Shown: positions 26,691 to 34,754 of the stretch, piece by piece
Layout of the letters: each line of letters starts with the position of its first letter
Position numbering within the stretch: the first letter of the stretch is position 1
Origin: Caldilineaceae bacterium
Lineage (GTDB): Bacteria > Chloroflexota > Anaerolineae > Caldilineales > Caldilineaceae
NCBI GenBank assembly: GCA_965220715.1
Contig: CBDCQZ010000002.1
Location: forward strand, 9,332-73,331
Direction: 5' to 3'
Length of the DNA stretch: 64,000 nucleotides
Position numbers and translations under genes: made by a program
Notes under the pieces: generated by a model
The model's database searches: none
What the model saw: the letters and a program-made list of their open reading frames with translations, nothing else
Told to the model about the DNA's origin: nothing

Positions 26691-26964
26691 CAACTCAAAC
26701 AGTAGTAGAATCGGGAAGACGTGCGTCCTGATCGCCTTGCCTTTGCTGGGTGAAGGGGTTGCCCGGCTCCGACAGGAGCGACCCGCTCAACCGGTTTCCA
26801 TCACAGTTCAGCCAGCGATAGAGAGGAGCTCGGACGGCTCCCGCCCCTCAATCGATGCCTTATCCCGTTTCATTTTGCCCCCATTTCTGCTCTCAATTCC
26901 TCACTAAAATCTGCACCCTGGCTCTTTCCCAAAAATCTGGGATGGATCTGGTATACTCGTTCGC

Positions 26965-26993
26965 TTGACAAATTTAGCATTGCGAAATATACT
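26965..26993 (+). promoter_or_regulatory. sigma70-type promoter TTGACA-17 nt-TATACT driving the pAgo operon (apparently leaderless)
   Basis: -35 at 26965-26970 and -10 at 26988-26993. The ATG of the first gene is 7 nt after the -10 and no RBS is present. Confidence 0.6.
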
Positions 26994-27000
26994 TAGCAAT

Positions 27001-27360
27001 ATGGCGCGGAACACAGAAAAGTTGGGAGCCTTTCTCGCATCGGCGCGAAGTAAGTTGGACATGTCGCTCCGAGCAGTAGAGAAAGAGACTGGAATATCCA
27101 ACGCCTATCTTAGCCAGTTGGAACACGGCAAGATCAAGACGCCGGCGCCGCAAAACCTGTACAAGCTCGCCCAACTCTATCGAGTGCCCTACAAGTTGTT
27201 GATGGAACTTACCGGATATCCGGTGCCAGAAGCCCCATCCGCTGAGTCTCGGGCCGCCCATGATGCCTTTGCGGCTCGCATTGGCGCGGTCACGGAGGAG
27301 GAAGAAGAGGCGCTCGTCGAATACCTGCAATTCATCCGGTCGCGAAGAAGGAGACGCTAA
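27001..27360 (+). CDS. XRE-family HTH transcriptional regulator
   Basis: LRAVEKETGISNAYLSQLEHGKIKTP is a classic Cro/C1 HTH. The stop overlaps the next ATG (TAATG). Confidence 0.85.
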   Translation: MARNTEKLGAFLASARSKLDMSLRAVEKETGISNAYLSQLEHGKIKTPAPQNLYKLAQLYRVPYKLLMELTGYPVPEAPSAESRAAHDAFAARIGAVTEEEEEALVEYLQFIRSRRRRR

Positions 27361-28301
27361 TGCGGTGGTCCTATTCGGCGAGCCGCTCATTTCGCCAGTG
27401 CCAGAGGCAATGGTTTTTCAAGAATGTCGTGGCAAATGCAAGAGCCAAAGACCCATTCCGAAAGCGAGCCTATCTGCTCAGTAAGCTCCAAAGCATAAGC
27501 GCGTGGCGAGGCAGTATCGTCGATAACGTGATCTCGAACACGATCATTCCCAATATCAATCGCCGCTCCCCAATCACGCTGAACGACGCCAAGACGTACG
27601 CCCGCAGCCTGTTCGACCGGCAACTGGCCTATGCCCGGCGGCATCCGCTCGGGGATTTGGCTCTAAAAGTGTCCCAAGAAGGAGACGATTTTGCGGTCTT
27701 GTACCCTATGGAATATGGAGGAGAATTGCCGGAGCATGAAATCGAACGGGCGTGGGGTGAGGTCGAGACCGCTCTGGAAAACCTGTTCAGGATGGAAGAT
27801 ATCAAACAGATCCTCAAGTCGTCCGATTACGTCGTTGCACAACGCGCGCTCCAGTACAAGCTTATGGATGGTGTGACAGTGCTCGCCTATCCTGACGCAA
27901 TTGCGTTCCGTCGCAGTGCTCCACCCGTAATCATCGACTGGAAGGTTCACGCCTTCGGCACGAACGACGCCTGGCTGCAACTGGCGATCTACGCCATCGC
28001 GCTGAGCCGCTGCAATCCGCATAGTGACTTTCCAACTGGCTTTGGAATGCAGCCTCAAGCATCAACGCTCTATGAAGTCCAACTCCTGACGAACGTCGTG
28101 CGTGAACACTCGCTTGACGAGGAACAGATCGTAGAGGCCGAGGAATATATGTGTAGCTCTGCTTACGAGATAACCTGTCTGACCGAAGGTAGGAAATACT
28201 CTGAACTGAGCGTCGAAGATTTCAGGCTCGCTACGTATGAACAGACCTGCCAACGCTGTGCATTCCGGGCCATCTTCTGGGAGGAGCCCCATGTCGATTG
28301 A
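27360..28301 (+). CDS. PD-(D/E)xK nuclease, Cas4/RecB-like
   Basis: N-terminal SASRSFRQCQRQWFF. Core YPDAIAF...PVIIDWKV (D...DxK). QLAIYAIAL (QxxxY). C-terminal CQRC cysteines. Confidence 0.7.
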   Translation: MRWSYSASRSFRQCQRQWFFKNVVANARAKDPFRKRAYLLSKLQSISAWRGSIVDNVISNTIIPNINRRSPITLNDAKTYARSLFDRQLAYARRHPLGDLALKVSQEGDDFAVLYPMEYGGELPEHEIERAWGEVETALENLFRMEDIKQILKSSDYVVAQRALQYKLMDGVTVLAYPDAIAFRRSAPPVIIDWKVHAFGTNDAWLQLAIYAIALSRCNPHSDFPTGFGMQPQASTLYEVQLLTNVVREHSLDEEQIVEAEEYMCSSAYEITCLTEGRKYSELSVEDFRLATYEQTCQRCAFRAIFWEEPHVD

Positions 28302-30642
28302 AACGAATTGCTTCCGCATTGAAGGCTTGGAGGCGTTAAGCACAACCTATCGTCTATACCGGATCGCCGGTCTTCACCGGGATGGTCAAGAGTACTATGG
28401 CAATGTGCAACGGCTCGTTCGGAAGTTGAGCTATGATCTGAAAGCGCCGGTGACGACCTGCAACATAGAGGACGAGAACTTCCTGGCAGTTCCAACCAAG
28501 TATGGGCACCCTCCGGCGCAAATTCCTCTTGTCCATGCTGTTGCCCTGTTGAAGGACACTGGAAACGAAATCGAGCTCGACTTCACTTCGAACAGACCCG
28601 AGCTTGATACTCTTCGAATTCGGTATCTCCAGTTCGCTTTTCAGAATCCACTCTGGAACAAACCACAATTATGGCAGCCGAGTGCGGGGAAACCGTACTT
28701 CTTCAAAAATCCTCAGCGCCAATTCGGTGAAATCGATCTCTTTGAAGGCTTCACCTTTCGCATTGCGCCACATCCGGAAGGTGGGTTCGGACTCATTGTC
28801 GATCTGCGTCGAAAGCTTGTCTCAAAACGACCTTTGCCGTCATCTCCTCTGCGCGAACATATCAACAAGCTCAAAGGTCGCTCATGTGTTTACAAAATGG
28901 GCCACAATTGGTTCGAGGTAACCCTTGATGGACTCGCCGACGTGAAGGCAGGAGAGCCTTTCATTCCTCTTGGCGGCGAGGCGGTCAGTCTGATCGACTA
29001 CCTGACAAAAAGATCTCGGAAACCTGTCCCGTCCTCAATAGCGAACCTTGCGTCGGACGGCGCTGCAATTTACTACCGTACCAACGGTCCAGGGAAAAAG
29101 TCGGCGCCCACGGCGCTCTGCTATCTGGTCCAGGACACGCATAGCCGAGAGGGCGCGAGGCATCATCATGAGACGCCCATGAAACCACAGGATCGGTACA
29201 GGCAGATCAACCGGCTTGTCACAAAGTTTTTGAAGAAGGTGCCGGTCGGGAACATCACTCTTTCGGTTTCGGAACGGCCAGGGTGTGTGAGAGCGAAACC
29301 GTTCATGCCGCCCAGCTTGCGCTTCGGCAACGGTGCAGTTTTGTCGATCGATGGGGACAATCAAGATGACTGCGCGGCGATCAAGGACTATGGGCAATGC
29401 AGGCTGACGCTCCTGAAAGACAATAAGGCAGGCTTCTATGAACAGAGTCGCCTGAATCGACAATATCTCGTACTACCCAAAAGTGTTCGGAACAGCTTCG
29501 GCGCGCAGTTTCTCAAAGATCTCACGAGGGAGGTAGATAAACTTTACCCCGCAGGTGGCGGATACGATCCCGAAATTGTCATTTATGACGACCCTGATGG
29601 TCGCCGGGGCTTTGCCGGACAGTCACGTGCGATTAAGAAGGCCGTGGAGAACCACCGAGTCAAGCCGGGAGACGCGCTCGTTATGGTACACCGCTACGAA
29701 CGCCGCCCGCGCTCAGCCGATCAACTGGCCGCCTGGACGGTAAAGGAATTCCCCTCCCTGTTCGGTCTCAATGGGGCCGTGATTCACACGGACATGGCAA
29801 AAAAGGCATATGCCGCTAAGAAGTATGGGAACGAAACGCGTTACGTCGTTAGGAGCGCGGAACGTGGTCGTCTCTCCGGTTACTTGCGCAATGTCGCGCT
29901 CAATAAGATATTACTCGCCAATGGGAAGTGGCCATTTGTCCTTGATACGCTTTTGCATGCCGATCTGGTAATCGGAATTGACGTAAAGAATAACACCGCC
30001 GCCTTCACCCTCATTGCTGACAGAGGACAGATCATCAGGTTTTCCATGAGTCCGTCGCGGCAAAAGGAGCAGTTGCTTAAAGCACAGGTCAAGAAAGTCG
30101 TGTACGAAATCATTCGCAAGGATGCCCCCTATTTCAAACAACGCCCAGCAAAGATCGTCATCCATCGTGACGGACGCGCCTGGCCGGCGGAAGTCGAAGG
30201 ACTAAGGGCAGCGTGCGAACAACTTGCCGAAGAGGGCCATTTCGATACGGACTGGCGCCTGACGGTTGTCGAGATCAGAAAGTCTGCGCCGGCGCCGCTG
30301 CGGATGTTCAATGTCAAGCGGCGGAAGGACAGTCAGGTGCTCGATGTAGAGAACCCCACGGTCGGTACCTGGCTACAAACTGCTCCGGACGAGGGCTATG
30401 TCTGCACGACCGGGCAACCATTCTCGATTCCAGGCACATCCAACCCGCTCCACATCCGGCGGGCAGAAGGCGATATGTCCATCGAACACTGTCTGTCGGA
30501 TCTCTTTTCACTAAGCTGTCTCACATGGACCCGGCCGGAGGGTGCGACGCGCCTGCCGCTTTCGCTCAAGCTCTGTGATCGCAGCCTATTCGACGAGGCC
30601 GCAGAATATGATCAGGATGCCATTGAATTCGAGGACAGCTGA
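28291..30642 (+). CDS. long prokaryotic Argonaute (pAgo) with candidate DEDD catalytic tetrad
   Basis: PIWI hallmarks LVIGIDV, KEQL, IVIHRDGR and LKLCDRS. MID-like RYERR..TVKEF..NVALNKILLANGKWPF. 783 aa from the ATG at 28291, which overlaps the nuclease gene by 11 nt. Confidence 0.85.
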   Translation: MSIETNCFRIEGLEALSTTYRLYRIAGLHRDGQEYYGNVQRLVRKLSYDLKAPVTTCNIEDENFLAVPTKYGHPPAQIPLVHAVALLKDTGNEIELDFTSNRPELDTLRIRYLQFAFQNPLWNKPQLWQPSAGKPYFFKNPQRQFGEIDLFEGFTFRIAPHPEGGFGLIVDLRRKLVSKRPLPSSPLREHINKLKGRSCVYKMGHNWFEVTLDGLADVKAGEPFIPLGGEAVSLIDYLTKRSRKPVPSSIANLASDGAAIYYRTNGPGKKSAPTALCYLVQDTHSREGARHHHETPMKPQDRYRQINRLVTKFLKKVPVGNITLSVSERPGCVRAKPFMPPSLRFGNGAVLSIDGDNQDDCAAIKDYGQCRLTLLKDNKAGFYEQSRLNRQYLVLPKSVRNSFGAQFLKDLTREVDKLYPAGGGYDPEIVIYDDPDGRRGFAGQSRAIKKAVENHRVKPGDALVMVHRYERRPRSADQLAAWTVKEFPSLFGLNGAVIHTDMAKKAYAAKKYGNETRYVVRSAERGRLSGYLRNVALNKILLANGKWPFVLDTLLHADLVIGIDVKNNTAAFTLIADRGQIIRFSMSPSRQKEQLLKAQVKKVVYEIIRKDAPYFKQRPAKIVIHRDGRAWPAEVEGLRAACEQLAEEGHFDTDWRLTVVEIRKSAPAPLRMFNVKRRKDSQVLDVENPTVGTWLQTAPDEGYVCTTGQPFSIPGTSNPLHIRRAEGDMSIEHCLSDLFSLSCLTWTRPEGATRLPLSLKLCDRSLFDEAAEYDQDAIEFEDS

Positions 30643-30662
30643 TTTCAAAAGGAGGAGGAAAC

Positions 30663-31028
30663 ATGAGTGATCTGAGTCTGCTGACCGGCGTTTACGCTGA
30701 TGTCGAAGCATACGGTGTGCTGATAGACAAAGTGATTGAACGCCTGGGACGGGGGCAGGCTGACCCGACTGATCCGGACCAGAAGAAGCTGGCGCAACTC
30801 TTCGTTGATGCCGGCGATCAAGGTCTGGCATCGCAGTCCCTTGAAGCTTTGACATTGGACAGCCTGCTCAGGACAAGAACCGCCGAACCTATGGCAAACT
30901 TGAAACTGCTTGGTGAACGACTTCAGGACGGCGACGTCGATCAAGCATATCTGAGTCAACTCGAGGAACTCGCCAGGAAATTGGAACAGAAGCGGGCGGA
31001 CATTGCCCGCCGGCTACGGGGACGCTGA
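30663..31028 (+). CDS. small acidic helical protein of unknown function
   Basis: 121-aa ORF with an AGGAGG RBS. Heptad-like C-terminus (LSQLEELARKLEQKRADIARRL). The stop overlaps the next ATG (TGATG). Confidence 0.6.
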   Translation: MSDLSLLTGVYADVEAYGVLIDKVIERLGRGQADPTDPDQKKLAQLFVDAGDQGLASQSLEALTLDSLLRTRTAEPMANLKLLGERLQDGDVDQAYLSQLEELARKLEQKRADIARRLRGR

Positions 31029-32179
31029 TGGTCGAGAGATACTTGAGCGGGTCAATTGGTCAACTGCTGGAGCGGGCGCGGCAGTTGCGCCAAATCGTGC
31101 ATGGAACGTATCCGCGTGAATATGATGGCCTGCGGCAAATCTGTTTGAAACACCTTGAAGACATCCAGGCAGAGCTTCAATACTTGGCCCAAGAGACGGT
31201 TGTCGATACGACGTTGCAGACACCGTTGCGTTTGAGGCGCTTCAAACGCATCGTGGAGCATCTCAAAAGCGTCGAAGGAATTGGGGTATTCGCCCTCAGC
31301 AGAGCAAACCATGATGACAACTTTCTCAACCGTCTTATTACGGAGATCTGCCGTGAGATCGCCTTTCCTCTGATCTCTCCGACCATCAGCCACATGTCCC
31401 AGGACTATTTCCATGTATACACAGATTTCTATCTCCTCTGTGTACCCTTGATGGAGAGCAGATTCCTCCTGCATCTGCCCGATATCTATCACGAGTTGTG
31501 CCATCTTTTACACCACGGTCAGAACAACGATCTGCCAACCCTTGAAACGTACCATGCCGCCTACAAGCAAAGTCTGTTCGAGATGGTGAGACATTTCCGC
31601 GACGAAACTGTAGCCGCAGAACGTGTGCGCAAGACGGAGGGCCATCTGTACCAACTTCAACTATGGCGCACCTCTTGGGCCGAGTACTGGATGCAAGAGT
31701 TTTTCTGCGACCTGTTCGGCGTGCTGACTGCTGGGCCCGCATTTGCCTGGTCGCACTATCATCTGTGCGTCAAGCGTGAGAGCGACCCTTTTGAGACGCC
31801 CTTGGCGTTCGTGACGACGCATCCGGCCGATGATGCGCGGATGCGAGCAGCCCTCCTGATGCTAACGGCGACCGGTTTCGCTGCGGAAGTCAAACAGATC
31901 GAAAAAGCCTGGCGGGAGTATGTAGGGATCATGGGTTACTGTCCAGTACCTGAATACTGGCACTGCTACCCGGAAATTCTGCTGTCTGGAATCGTCTCAG
32001 CGGTACAAGACAGCATCGAAGGGATCGGCGTGGTGACGGCAAAGCAGGAGTCGTTGACACCGGTAGTCGGCCTTCTCAACACCGCATGGCAGGAATTCTG
32101 GCGGGCGCCGGAAGGCTATCAGGCTTGGGAGGCGGAGCAGCTCAAGGCATTGCGCGCAACTTTTGACGTGACGCTTTGA
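31028..32179 (+). CDS. HExxH...ExxxD protein (putative gluzincin-like metallopeptidase)
   Basis: HELCH at 31490-31504 and EFFCD at 31697-31711, both in frame. No other recognisable domain. Confidence 0.5.
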   Translation: MVERYLSGSIGQLLERARQLRQIVHGTYPREYDGLRQICLKHLEDIQAELQYLAQETVVDTTLQTPLRLRRFKRIVEHLKSVEGIGVFALSRANHDDNFLNRLITEICREIAFPLISPTISHMSQDYFHVYTDFYLLCVPLMESRFLLHLPDIYHELCHLLHHGQNNDLPTLETYHAAYKQSLFEMVRHFRDETVAAERVRKTEGHLYQLQLWRTSWAEYWMQEFFCDLFGVLTAGPAFAWSHYHLCVKRESDPFETPLAFVTTHPADDARMRAALLMLTATGFAAEVKQIEKAWREYVGIMGYCPVPEYWHCYPEILLSGIVSAVQDSIEGIGVVTAKQESLTPVVGLLNTAWQEFWRAPEGYQAWEAEQLKALRATFDVTL

Positions 32180-32363
32180 ACGGTCTGCGCTGAAGGTATT
32201 ACCAAAAAAGATCTTTCCCGGGAAAACACCCGACCGGCAAACTTCTAACTGAGGTCGCGAATTCGCTGCAGCAAACGTCCCTCGACTCCCTGCAAGTGGC
32301 GAATCTCCGCCGCTTGCATCTCCCTTCTATGCATATCCGGCCGGCGAGCCGGACGCAGCGATC

Positions 32364-33338
32364 CTACGCCAGCCATTTGGCGGCACGTCCCGCCTCCTCC
32401 GCGCGCGTATAGACCTCGACCATCCTTGCCGTTTTCCAGCGTCCCTGCGCCATAATCTCATGCGTGGGCGCACCGGCCGCGGCCATGCGCCGCGCCATGC
32501 CGACGCGGCCCGAATGGCCGGAAAAACCCGCCCCCAGGCCGGCCGTCGCGGCCGCGGCGCGGATGCGGCGCGCGATCGAGGGGGCTGAGAGCCCGAACAG
32601 CGCCGCCGCGCCGTCCGCGTCTACCGGCCGCATCGCCGCCAAAGCCGCGACCGCGGCCGGCGTCAGGTAGACGGTGCGTTCCTCGGCATCGGTCTTCGAG
32701 CGGCCCACGGTCAGCCGGCCCGAGCCGTCCTCCCAGCGCGCCACGTCGTCCCAGACCAGCGCGGCCGCCTCGGAGCGGCGCAGGCCGGCGTCCGACAGCA
32801 CGCGGCACAGCGCGATGTCGACCCGCCCGCGGCGCCGCGCCTGTTCAGCCAATTCCAGACGGCCGCCGCGGCCGACGCGCGGCTGGCAGGCGGAGGCGCT
32901 GATCATTGCCAGCGCCTCCGCGGTGAGCGCGTACGCCTGGCGCGGGGGCGGGGCCTGGCGCGCCAGCCCGCTGATCGTATCGGTCACAACCTGGTCGTGC
33001 GCGCTCGGCTCGACGCCGACGAGCGCTTGCAGCTTGCGCAGCGCGGCCACGGTCAGCCGCAGCGAGGAGAGGCCGACGCCGGCCGCGGCCCGCTCCTGCA
33101 GGTAGGCGCGCAGCGCGAACGGCGGCGCGGCCAGCGCATGCACGCCCTGCAACGCGGCCCAGCGGCCCCAGGCCGCCAGCGCGCCGCCGTAGGCGCGGCG
33201 CGTGTTGGGCGCGAGCGCTTCCAAAGCGGCCTCGAAGCGGGTCGAATGTTCGGCGTCGAAGGCTCTGACGAGGCCGGGCGCGGCCTCTTGGACGTTGACC
33301 AGGACGCTTGCGGACGCGCTGGCGGGCGCGGCGCTCAT
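32364..33338 (-). CDS. tyrosine recombinase (same family as 486-1484)
   Basis: GRSKTDAEERTVYL, GHSGRVGMARRMAAAG, RWKTARMVEVYTRAEE. Confidence 0.9.
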   Translation of the reverse strand: MSAAPASASASVLVNVQEAAPGLVRAFDAEHSTRFEAALEALAPNTRRAYGGALAAWGRWAALQGVHALAAPPFALRAYLQERAAAGVGLSSLRLTVAALRKLQALVGVEPSAHDQVVTDTISGLARQAPPPRQAYALTAEALAMISASACQPRVGRGGRLELAEQARRRGRVDIALCRVLSDAGLRRSEAAALVWDDVARWEDGSGRLTVGRSKTDAEERTVYLTPAAVAALAAMRPVDADGAAALFGLSAPSIARRIRAAAATAGLGAGFSGHSGRVGMARRMAAAGAPTHEIMAQGRWKTARMVEVYTRAEEAGRAAKWLA

Positions 33339-33612
33339 GGCTCTCTCCTTTGCTTGCGGGAACCCATAAAAAGGTCTGTTGGGATAAGTGCGCGCTAATT
33401 GTACTTAACAGACATCTGTATCACCGCCAACATAACACAGAACCCACTCAAAACCAACCGCTTGTAGAGCCTGATTTAGCTACATTTCCGCAATCCTGTA
33501 GACGGAGCGCACAGAAAGGAGCCAGCACCATACGCAATCCAAAACCAATCCCCGCGTGAGACAATCTACCCAGGTGTCGATGGCGTCCCGTGCGGCGGCC
33601 ACCCAACCGCAT

Positions 33613-33641
33613 TTGACGATCCAGCAACACAATGTTATAGT
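33613..33641 (+). promoter_or_regulatory. sigma70-type promoter TTGACG-17 nt-TATAGT (leaderless), overlapping the palindrome AACACAA-N8-TTGTGTT
   Basis: The ATG at 33648 lies 6 nt after the -10. The inverted repeat at 33626-33647 spans the -10 and may be an operator. Confidence 0.55.
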
Positions 33642-33647
33642 TGTGTT

Positions 33648-34088
33648 ATGATCCCGGAATTCGAGCCCGACGGCAACCTGCCCCCAGGTGTCCACTGGGC
33701 CACTTGGCGTGAACTCCATGACCGATTTGGGACAACACGCTGGCGGCGCCGGTTGCTCGTTGGCCTGCGAGCTGCTTTGGAGAACCTGCGGAGCGCCGGT
33801 TGTCTTACAGCTTACGTGGACGGCAGCTTCGTCTCCTCCAAGTCGGAACCCGGCGACTTCGACGCCTGCTGGGAGGAAGCGGGCGTGGATCTCGACAGGC
33901 TTGATCCCGTACTGCTGACATTCGATGACGGCCGCGCGGCGCAGAAGGCCAAGTACGGTGGCGAGTTCTTTCCGGCATCCGCGGTCGCCGGTTTGGGAGA
34001 AGGTGTCTTCTTGGACTTCTTTCAGACCGATAAGGATACGGGTGACCGGAAAGGCATCGTCGCCTTAGATCCAGGAGGTCTGATATGA
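33648..34088 (+). CDS. minimal nucleotidyltransferase-fold protein (DUF6932-like)
   Basis: MIPEFEPDGNLPPGVHWATWRELHDRFG...RRRLL.GL..AL..L..AGC..AYVDGSFVS.K.EPGDFD.CW fits my memory of that family. Confidence 0.5.
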   Translation: MIPEFEPDGNLPPGVHWATWRELHDRFGTTRWRRRLLVGLRAALENLRSAGCLTAYVDGSFVSSKSEPGDFDACWEEAGVDLDRLDPVLLTFDDGRAAQKAKYGGEFFPASAVAGLGEGVFLDFFQTDKDTGDRKGIVALDPGGLI

Positions 34089-34561
34089 TCAAGAATGAAA
34101 GGCAATATCGAATCACTAAGGCCCAGGCAGACCGCTTTTCTGAGGCGCTGCGTAGACTTGATGCCGGTGGGGCAGATCAATCCGAATCCCATCCGCGTTT
34201 GCTCGCCGTGCAGAAAGAGGCGCTGCAGAGCCAACTTTCCGACCTTGAGGCGGGTATTCAGGAGTATGAAACTCTCAAGGCCGGAAACTTTGCGTTTGAG
34301 CAACTGGAGCGTATTTCGGAACTCCCCAGGCTTTTGATCCGGGCGCGCATCGCGAGCGGCCTCAGTCAACGGGGCCTGGCTGACCGCCTCGGCTTGAAGG
34401 AGCAGCAGATCCAGCGCTATGAGGCGAGCGACTACGCTTCTGCGAGTTTTGCCAGAATCAGAGAGGTGGTGTCCGCTTTAGACATAGAGGGAGACGATAC
34501 CGATACCCGACTTGCCTATGAGGGAACTGAGCCTGGCCCTCAAAACTGGACCACGAGCTAA
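34085..34561 (+). CDS. HTH (XRE-type) protein with an N-terminal helical extension, antitoxin-like
   Basis: MIKNERQYRITKAQ... then GLSQRGLADRLGLKEQQIQRYEASDY. 4-nt overlap with the upstream gene. The last five codons and the stop are supplied by the IS3 end. Confidence 0.6.
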   Translation: MIKNERQYRITKAQADRFSEALRRLDAGGADQSESHPRLLAVQKEALQSQLSDLEAGIQEYETLKAGNFAFEQLERISELPRLLIRARIASGLSQRGLADRLGLKEQQIQRYEASDYASASFARIREVVSALDIEGDDTDTRLAYEGTEPGPQNWTTS

Positions 34562-34592
34562 GGTGTATAATGGAGCAGTTCACCAAGCTGGT
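34548..34592 (+). mobile_element. solo left end (IRL plus about 25 bp) of an IS3-family element
   Basis: TGGACCACGAGCTAAGGTGTATAATGGAGCAGTTCACCAAGC matches the reverse complement of 59699-59740 (TGGACCACAAGCGAAGGTGTATAATGGAGCAATTCACCAGGC) at 37 of 42 positions. Confidence 0.75.
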
Positions 34593-34754
34593 TCTTAAGG
34601 TCCATCCGAGATGACGTGCGGTCGCCTGCGGAGTGGCGGAGGATCACGGAAGGGCGGCGGGCGGAGCAGTGATGACCAAGTCGTCATTGCGTGACCAGCG
34701 AATTGCGCATGAGGGACGACCATCTTTTGGAGTGATTGGAGGAACTACCAAATC

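Noticed and set aside
34562-34576. Similarity between the IS3 inverted repeat (GTGTATAATGGAG) and the dif/lox-like site core (GTGTATAAGTGGAG).
   Set aside because: Only one arm matches, there is no palindromic partner arm, and the spacer length differs. I treat it as coincidence.
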